From positions 19,583 through 83,582 of the forward strand of contig CAYGKO010000004.1 in assembly GCA_964350735.1 (NCBI GenBank): a stretch of DNA of 64,000 nt. The letters are read 5' to 3'. Positions 57,516 to 64,000 of this stretch are shown here, in pieces. Origin of the DNA: an uncultured Candidatus Saccharibacteria bacterium. Its GTDB lineage: Bacteria; Patescibacteriota; Minisyncoccia; Phycocordibacterales; UBA918. A program made the translations under genes and the position numbers. The notes beneath the pieces are model-generated. The model worked only from the letters and a program-made list of their open reading frames with translations. It had not been told where the DNA came from and made no database searches. Position 1 is the first letter of the stretch; each line of letters begins with the position of its first letter.

Positions 57516-58610
57516 CTACTGAATAGTTCGTAAAAAATCGTGGACAATTCGTTCCACTTCCGCCGGTGAATTTGATTCCATCAGCGCTGAGCGCAGCGGC
57601 GCTGCACCCGGGAAACCGTTCACGTACGCTTTGTAGTGCTTCTTCATGACTGAAAAATTCTTTGCCGGCAACAACTCTACAAACAACTTGCTGTGTTCCA
57701 CGAGCACCAGTAATCGCTCTTCCAGAGTCACATACTCCATGGTTGCATCTGATGTATCGTTCGTCACGATCTCTTCTCGATTCACACCATGAGTTGGGAG
57801 CGCTGTAAGTCGCAGTGGCAGCGACCTAGTTGGATGGAAAAACCACGGGTTACCAAAGAGCGCGCGACCAATCATGGCTCCATCAGATCCGGTCTCGGCG
57901 ATCTTCTGATGCGCATCTTCGAGACTCAATACATCGCCATTACCAAGGATTCTAGTTGCTGCCGAAATTTCATTTCGTAATTCAACCGCGCGCGTCAGTC
58001 GCTCCCACCGGGCTGGCACCTTACTCAAGTCTTTGCGGGTACGACAATGCAGCGACAGTGCCGCTGGCTTCTCTTCGAGCAAGGCCGGGAGCCAGGTCTC
58101 GACTTCGTCTTCGTTGTAGCCGAGGCGAGTTTTCACTGAGACCGGAATCCCGTCAGCTTCACCATGACGCGCACCACGCATCGCGGCCTTTACTACCTCT
58201 TTAGCATTCGCGGGATCCTGGATCATCGCTGCTCCAGCACCTTGCTTACCAATCACCTGCACCGGGCAGCCCATATTGATATCCACCCCATCAAACCCCA
58301 GCTCAAGACAAAGGCGCGCCGCCCCTTCCATATGCTCTGGCTGTGAGGTAAATAACTGCGCCACGATCGGCCGCTCTTCTTCGCTATAGATCAGATCAAC
58401 CATCAATTTCGCTCGCCCTTCTGGTGGTGCCAACATCAACCCATCAGCCGCGACAAACTCAGTCCACATCACATCAGGACCACCGACAGAACCATCAGCC
58501 CGGGTGTGAGCTGAGTATTTAGTGAGCATGCGCCGAAACGGCGCGTCAGTGACGTCAGCCATCGGCGCTACGGCCATTATTGGGCTTGGTAAGTCTTGCC
58601 AGAAGTTCAT
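57516..58610 (-). CDS. dus: tRNA-dihydrouridine synthase
   Basis: 364 aa with the Dus TIM-barrel motifs (AVAPMADVTDAPFR, GVDINMGCPVQ, VSVKTRLG) and a C-terminal helical domain. Confidence 0.85.
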   Translation of the reverse strand: MNFWQDLPSPIMAVAPMADVTDAPFRRMLTKYSAHTRADGSVGGPDVMWTEFVAADGLMLAPPEGRAKLMVDLIYSEEERPIVAQLFTSQPEHMEGAARLCLELGFDGVDINMGCPVQVIGKQGAGAAMIQDPANAKEVVKAAMRGARHGEADGIPVSVKTRLGYNEDEVETWLPALLEEKPAALSLHCRTRKDLSKVPARWERLTRAVELRNEISAATRILGNGDVLSLEDAHQKIAETGSDGAMIGRALFGNPWFFHPTRSLPLRLTALPTHGVNREEIVTNDTSDATMEYVTLEERLLVLVEHSKLFVELLPAKNFSVMKKHYKAYVNGFPGAAPLRSALMESNSPAEVERIVHDFLRTIQ

Positions 58611-58896
58611 AAGCTTGGATTATAGTTGACGATGCATATTTTGCAATGTATTAATAGTAAGGAAGCAAGCTAACGGAATAGGAAATAGGGAGATGTATGA
58701 TGAGTTTCTATGTTGCTATTCAGTTCTTTTTTGGCTGCTTAGTCTTGTCGGTGTATAGCGCAAGATTCTATCCAAGAATCTTCTACGGCATTTTCTATTT
58801 CGGTGATCAACGACCGAGCCCCTTCGAAGACGAAGATAGGTGAGAAAAGCCGTCACATCGTAAAATATACTGCTGCCCTTTGAGGCAGCCTTTTCT

Positions 58897-59784
58897 TTAC
58901 AAAGTCGAAGTTGCAGACGAGCTGGCAACATTCTGTTCATCTAAAGTTACCTCCTCTTTTACATACACCTTATTCCCAAACCGCAGATCAATGTATTGAA
59001 AATTACCCGGCTCGAGGTGGGTAAACTGGGCTGACTCTAGTACGGTCAGTAAATTGTCGAAGGTATCTTGGGCCGTAATGTCCCGTGACGTTTTAATAAC
59101 CCCACCACCAGCAATATGGTATTCAATTTCTGTTTCTGATTTTTGAATGACCCCAATAATATTTATATCAAGCTGGTTTTTGGCCACATCTATCAGCTCT
59201 GTCGTCTGATCAAGCACCTCTCGTTCAAACACCTGCTTCTGTATCCCCATTTCTTCATCCAGCTGCACGTACCGGATAAAAGCAGCGCCAGTAAGCTCCG
59301 GAGCAATAGTAAAGGCATAACCGCTTCGATCTAGAAACGCACAAGCAGCGCTCTCTAAACCCTCACACCAGAGTGCAAACGGGACATATTCTTCAAAAAC
59401 TATTTGTATAGTTGTGCCGTCAGTTCGATCTACAGCCACGTTCTTGATTCGTTCGAGTCGTAAAATTCGATCAGTAATGGTCTGCCGGGGATAGGTCCAA
59501 GCGAACTGCTTGGGGACGAGTCTGTAATAGGAACCAACCAAAAGCTCATCGGCCAGACGTCGCACTTCATCATGTGCGATTGTCTCACCGCCTACCACTT
59601 CAACTTGTGTAATAGTGAGCGCCTCAATCCGAGAGCCATACCAGACACCAGTCACTATAAGTCCGATCAAACACGTCAAAATCACTCCAATCCCCACCTG
59701 CCGCTTCCAGGTACTCTGAAAAACTTTTTGGGACCGGCGGACAGGCTTTCGCTTGGATTTGAAAAGTCGTGACAAGATTTTCAT
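58897..59784 (-). CDS. ftsQ: Cell division protein FtsQ/DivIB-like (POTRA domain)
   Basis: A short basic cytoplasmic N-terminus (start taken at MKILSRLFKSKRK) is followed by one TM, a POTRA-like region (ITQVEVVGGETIAHDEVRRL) and a beta-rich C-terminal domain. The longer ORF opens at 59916. Confidence 0.5.
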   Translation of the reverse strand: MKILSRLFKSKRKPVRRSQKVFQSTWKRQVGIGVILTCLIGLIVTGVWYGSRIEALTITQVEVVGGETIAHDEVRRLADELLVGSYYRLVPKQFAWTYPRQTITDRILRLERIKNVAVDRTDGTTIQIVFEEYVPFALWCEGLESAACAFLDRSGYAFTIAPELTGAAFIRYVQLDEEMGIQKQVFEREVLDQTTELIDVAKNQLDINIIGVIQKSETEIEYHIAGGGVIKTSRDITAQDTFDNLLTVLESAQFTHLEPGNFQYIDLRFGNKVYVKEEVTLDEQNVASSSATSTL

Positions 59785-59980
59785 GGAAGTATGGTACCAC
59801 GCAAATAGGTGGCGAACTTTGCTCGCCGGCCAGCAGGCACCAATAATTTTAATCCTCCGGAAAATCAACCCTGCCAAACCAAAAGCTACCAAAATATATA
59901 CAAAAAAACCTTTCAATCGATTGAAAGGTTTTTTGGAGTCTTCGAGGTTTGGCGGTTTTTGGCTCGCTGCTACAAATCTC

Positions 59981-61270
59981 TTACTGCGCAGAGATCGTTT
60001 CCTTGTTCATGTACTTTTGCAGCGGCTCTGGCACCTTCACTGTCCCATCAGCTTGCTGGAAGTTCTCTATCAGTGACACCAAAATGCGTGGCGTCGGGAT
60101 AGCTGTACAGTTCAGCGAGTGGGCGTACTTCAGCTTCCCTTCACTATCTCGATAGCGGATGTTGAACCGGCGAGTTTGGAAGTCATGGAAGTAGCTGGCT
60201 GAGCTGATCTCGCGGTACTTCTTCTCAAGTGGTACCCACAGCTCAATATCGTACTTTTTCACCTGTCCTTGACCAAGATCGCCGCCACAGTTCAACACGG
60301 TGTGGTACGGAATCCCTAAACTCTCAATAAAATCTTCCGTATTGCGGTTGATCTCCTCGTGCCACTTCACACTTTCTTCGTGTGACGCTTCGCACAATAC
60401 CACTTGCTCTACTTTATAAAATTCATGTACTCGAATCAGCCCTTTCGTATCCTTGCCATGGCTACCTGCTTCGCGCCGGTAGCACGGTGAGAATGAAAGA
60501 TGCTTCTTTGGAAACTCCGACTCTTCAAGCACTTCATCGGCGTAGTACCCCATGGTCGACACTTCACTGGTGCCAATTAAATAATCTTCGTCTTGCGTGT
60601 GGTACACATCTTCCGCTTCGTTTGGTAAGTGGCCGGTGCCGTAGAGATTGGCCTTGCGCACAATCGTCGGTGGCAACATCGGGTCAAAGCCCTTGGCCAT
60701 AAAGAATTCCTGCGCGTAGTTCCAGATCGCCCAACTCAGTCGCGCACCATCTCCCATTAAGTAATACCCGCGAAAGCCATGTACTTTCGTCCCTCGCTCG
60801 AAATCAGCCATACCAAGCTTGGTCATAATCTCAATGTGGTCTTTGGGGGTGAAATCAAAGTGCGCATCGTGACCTTTGTAGCCCTCTGGTTCCCAAGTCT
60901 TGATCTCCACGTTATCAGCATCGCTATCACCATCAGGCACTGACATATCCGGCACGTTGGGCACTTGTAGCATCAGGGCGTGCCACTCTTCCATCACTGG
61001 TTTAACCTTCTCTTCATCAGCCTGGATCTCAGCTTTAAGGTCCTGCATCTCGGTAATGAGCTGCTGCTTCCGGACCGGATCTTGCGCAGCGCTCACAATA
61101 TCGGCTGACACCCGGTTTTGCTCAGCTTTCTTCGTCTCCACGACAGACATCAGCTCGCGGCGCGAATCATCCACCGCCATTAAGCGATCGAGGTCAATCT
61201 CGATTTTCTTTTTAGTCGCCGCCATCTTTACAATGTCGAGATTCTCACGGATGAATTTGATGTCTAACAC
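59981..61270 (-). CDS. serS: Seryl-tRNA synthetase
   Basis: 429 aa with the N-terminal coiled-coil (MLDIKFIRENLDIVK) and class II motifs (FRREAGSHGKDTKGLIRVHEF, YHDFQTRRFNIRYRD). Confidence 0.95.
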   Translation of the reverse strand: MLDIKFIRENLDIVKMAATKKKIEIDLDRLMAVDDSRRELMSVVETKKAEQNRVSADIVSAAQDPVRKQQLITEMQDLKAEIQADEEKVKPVMEEWHALMLQVPNVPDMSVPDGDSDADNVEIKTWEPEGYKGHDAHFDFTPKDHIEIMTKLGMADFERGTKVHGFRGYYLMGDGARLSWAIWNYAQEFFMAKGFDPMLPPTIVRKANLYGTGHLPNEAEDVYHTQDEDYLIGTSEVSTMGYYADEVLEESEFPKKHLSFSPCYRREAGSHGKDTKGLIRVHEFYKVEQVVLCEASHEESVKWHEEINRNTEDFIESLGIPYHTVLNCGGDLGQGQVKKYDIELWVPLEKKYREISSASYFHDFQTRRFNIRYRDSEGKLKYAHSLNCTAIPTPRILVSLIENFQQADGTVKVPEPLQKYMNKETISAQ

Positions 61271-61410
61271 AAGTCAGTATCGGTTATATAGATAATAGTA
61301 GATTATACCTTACCTGGTTTTTGAGAAAAGGAAAACCGTCGCGGATAGGCGGCGAGGTTTCCTCCGGACTTTCGTCCGAACCTCGCCGCCTCCTACGACG
61401 GAATTTTCAT

Positions 61411-61830
61411 CTACACCAACACAACGGCCTTAGGCGGATACACAGACGTCCACAGTGCCGTCATTTGCGATAAAGCTTGCCGGAAATCAGCCAGTTTGGC
61501 AGCATAGCCGAGGCCAGGTATTCCCAACTGATCACTGGCAACCAACCTCATTATGGCCGTTAGAAATGGCAAATCTTCACGCCGGTCACCGATGTCTGTT
61601 GGGCAATGCAGAGGATTCCACCCCATAGTGAGACCAATTTTACTTCTTAGATCTCTGTTGTTGAGGCTGATATAAACCGTCTCATGGGGACTCTGAAACT
61701 CCATGATCGCCTGAATCGCCTGAGAAACAAGCCTTTCAAAACGATCTTCGGCTTCACGCCGAAGTCGCTCGCTTCGTTCCCACGGATATTCGTCTCCATC
61801 GTAATTTGACATCTCGCCTCCGTTTCTCAC
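61411..61830 (-). CDS. Hypothetical protein
   Basis: 139 aa with no motif. Confidence 0.3.
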   Translation of the reverse strand: MRNGGEMSNYDGDEYPWERSERLRREAEDRFERLVSQAIQAIMEFQSPHETVYISLNNRDLRSKIGLTMGWNPLHCPTDIGDRREDLPFLTAIMRLVASDQLGIPGLGYAAKLADFRQALSQMTALWTSVYPPKAVVLV

Positions 61831-61904
61831 CCAAGATGTAGGGCACTTTGAACAATAGCTCTCTCTCTGTTATTTTGCATGCAGCAACATGCTAAAATTT
61901 TTAT

Positions 61905-62768
61905 ATGCCCTTTCCCATTCGAGAACTACCAGCTGCGAAGCACTCTCCGCTCTTGCGGGAAATTCCGCAGCCGCCTACTGCACTCAATTATCGTGGTGCC
62001 CTACCTGATCCAGACCTTAAACTTCTCGCCGTCGTCGGTAGTCGCAAATACACCAGCTACGGTAAAGACGCCGTGCAACATCTGATCGGTGGCCTCAAAG
62101 GCTACCCGGTTGGGATTGTCTCTGGCCTGGCGCTCGGGATCGACAGCTTGGCGCACCAGACGGCGCTCGACAATAATCTCTATACCCTCGCCATTCCGGG
62201 CGGTGGGCTCGACGACTCAGTCATCTACCCCGCCACGCACAAACGCCTAGCCCAAAATATTCTCGACGCTGGTGGCGGGCTACTGTCAGAATTCGCCCCT
62301 GACTTTCGTGCTACCAAGTGGTCGTTCACCCAACGCAACCGCCTCGTCTGCGGTATGTGTCACGCCACGCTATTAATAGAAGCCGCCGAGAAATCCGGCA
62401 CCCTCATCACCGCGCGCTTGGCCACTGACTACAATCGAGAAGTACTGGTCGTCCCCGGCAGTATCTTCTCGAAGAATTCTGCCGGCACCCATCAGTTCCT
62501 CAAGCTCGGCGCGACACCCGTCACTGATGCGAGCGACATCCTCGCTGCTTTACAGATCAGTGACGCCGAACCAGTCACTAAGCCTCTCCTGCCTGACCTC
62601 ACCCCTGAAGAAGCACGTGTACTCACCATTCTCCACGAACCCACGCCGCGTGACGAACTCATCCGCCAGCTTGAGCTCCCTACTCCAGAAGCTGCAGCTC
62701 TTTTAATGCAGATGGAAATAAAAGACCTAATAGTAGAGAGCGGAAATAGCTACCGAATCAAAACATAG
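61905..62768 (+). CDS. dprA: DNA processing protein DprA (Smf)
   Basis: 287 aa with the Rossmann-like DprA core (LLAVVGSRKYTSYGKD, GIVSGLALGIDSLAHQTAL, SGTLITARLA) and a C-terminal winged-helix-like region. Confidence 0.85.
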   Translation: MPFPIRELPAAKHSPLLREIPQPPTALNYRGALPDPDLKLLAVVGSRKYTSYGKDAVQHLIGGLKGYPVGIVSGLALGIDSLAHQTALDNNLYTLAIPGGGLDDSVIYPATHKRLAQNILDAGGGLLSEFAPDFRATKWSFTQRNRLVCGMCHATLLIEAAEKSGTLITARLATDYNREVLVVPGSIFSKNSAGTHQFLKLGATPVTDASDILAALQISDAEPVTKPLLPDLTPEEARVLTILHEPTPRDELIRQLELPTPEAAALLMQMEIKDLIVESGNSYRIKT

Positions 62769-62823
62769 TCAACAAAAAACCACATCCAACCAAACAGTGG
62801 TCGCGCATTCATGTCAGTACGTT

Positions 62824-62855
62824 ATAATTTAGTACTGTTAACAGTACTAAATTAT
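62824..62855. promoter_or_regulatory. 32-bp perfect palindrome (putative operator) overlapping the -10 box and start codon of the YerC-like gene
   Basis: The sequence ataatttagtactgttaacagtactaaattat is its own reverse complement. TATAAT lies at 62823-62828 and the ATG at 62854. Confidence 0.5.
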
Positions 62856-63252
62856 GACAAACACCACTCGAAAAAAAATTCACTCCGCTGAATTCAAAAC
62901 TGCGGAGCAGCTCTTGAGTAAGCTAATTAGTGCGAACCAAACGAGCGCACAATACTTTTTAAATGATTTCTTAACTGATGCAGAAAAAATCATGCTGATA
63001 AAACGCTTTGCTTCTGTATGGATGTTTGCAGAAGGATATTCTCAATACGATGTTTGGAATACGTTATTCATTAGCCCAACTACTGCTCAGCGTATCTATC
63101 GGGACTGGAGCAGTGGCCGATACCAGGCCTTTGTAAAAAATACTCAATCAAAAAATCGAGATTCCATCTTGGCACTTATCCAGGACTTCATTACCGCTCA
63201 AGCCGACTCGAAAGCTCGAGCCCGCCTATTGGCACGAGCTATAGGAAATTAG
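62854..63252 (+). CDS. TrpR/YerC/YecD-like helix-turn-helix regulator
   Basis: 132 aa. The region FLTDAEKIMLIKRFASVWMFAEGYSQYDVWNTLFISPTTAQRI resembles the Trp-repressor-like YerC family. Confidence 0.55.
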   Translation: MTNTTRKKIHSAEFKTAEQLLSKLISANQTSAQYFLNDFLTDAEKIMLIKRFASVWMFAEGYSQYDVWNTLFISPTTAQRIYRDWSSGRYQAFVKNTQSKNRDSILALIQDFITAQADSKARARLLARAIGN

Positions 63253-63273
63253 TACTGTTAACAGTACTAATTT
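63246..63273. promoter_or_regulatory. 28-bp perfect palindrome (second copy of the same operator-like site) overlapping the regulator stop codon and the topA -35 region
   Basis: The sequence aaattagtactgttaacagtactaattt shares the core tagtactgttaacagtacta with the upstream copy. TTGACA lies at 63272-63277, 17 bp before a TATTAG-like -10. Confidence 0.5.
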
Positions 63274-63326
63274 GACAAGTTTTTAGTTTCCTAGTATTAG
63301 TGTGTGCTACATTTATAGAAATTCAT

Positions 63327-64000
63327 GGCAAAAACAGCAATCAAAAATACGCTCGTGATCGTAGAGTCACCGGCCAAAGCAAAAACAATCGAAAAATACC
63401 TCGGCCCCGGCTATAAGGTAAAATCTTCGGTTGGTCATGTCCGAGACTTACCTAAAACCAATAAAGACGCCGTCGATATCGACGGCGGCTTTGTGCCGCG
63501 GTATATCGTCTCTCCCGGGAAAGAAGCCGTCATCAAAGATCTCCAGATTGCAGCTGCCAAAGCTGATCAGATCCTACTCGCATCTGACCCCGACCGAGAA
63601 GGCGAAGCGATTGCTTGGCACGTAGCCGAACTGCTAAAAGACGTCAACAAGAACCAAAAACGGATCGTTTTTCATGAAATCACTGAGCCAGCCGTCAAAG
63701 CCGCGATCGAAAAACCCCGCAAGATCAATATGCACCTCAAAGAAGCACAGGAAGCCAGGCGCGTACTCGACCGTCTCGTCGGTTACGATCTCTCTGGCTT
63801 GATCTGGAAAAAAGTCCGTTATGGTCTGTCAGCTGGTCGCGTACAATCTCCAGCCCTGCGTATCATTATGGAGCGAGAACGAGAAATTCGCGCCTTTATC
63901 CCTGATGACTACTTTGTTCTCACAGCACATAGTACTATCAGCAAAGCTGCCGTGCCATTTACCTGTACTGAAGAACCGGGAGAAGAAAAAGAAGCGATGC
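63327..64000 (+). CDS. topA: DNA topoisomerase I, N-terminal part (continues beyond the window)
   Basis: The open frame from the ATG at 63327 runs to the window end. It has the Toprim N-terminus (LVIVESPAKAKTIEKYLG, SVGHVRDLPK, LLASDPDREGEAIAWH). Confidence 0.8.

Overview
This 64 kb window is gene-dense, about 48% GC, and mostly transcribed on the minus strand. It reads like an uncultivated, possibly reduced-genome bacterium; a CPR/Patescibacteria-like origin is only a guess, based on short housekeeping proteins and many secreted or membrane orphans.

Recognisable housekeeping genes are groES-groEL, secG, rnj (RNase J), dnaX, dus, serS, dprA, a partial topA, htpX, lemA, rlmB/trmH-like, dgkA and tRNA-Ser(GGA). 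A tRNA-Gln(CUG) is called more tentatively.

Accessory content includes a CHASE2 adenylate cyclase with two tandem FecR-domain paralogs, a carbohydrate cluster (GH1, GH clan A, DMT transporter, GT2), an AT-rich FAD-oxidoreductase plus CFA-synthase pair, and many hypothetical secreted or membrane proteins.

The loci most worth follow-up are:
- a non-coding locus at 28.75-29.27 kb with the hallmarks of a circularly permuted (two-piece) tmRNA;
- an operon encoding a 2-hydroxyacid dehydrogenase, a glycerate-2-kinase::enolase fusion and a minimal pyruvate kinase lacking the B and C domains;
- a QEGLA/DUF1704 (MATCAP-like HExxxH peptidase) gene divergently paired with three tandem RimK-like ATP-grasp ligases;
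- a tRNA-Ser followed by a palindromic element built from copies of the tRNA 3' end, next to an AT-rich cassette ORF flanked by 11-bp direct repeats;
- perfect 28-32 bp palindromes bracketing a TrpR/YerC-like regulator gene upstream of topA;
- a strongly structured element upstream of secG.

No CRISPR array, rRNA or clear transposase was seen.
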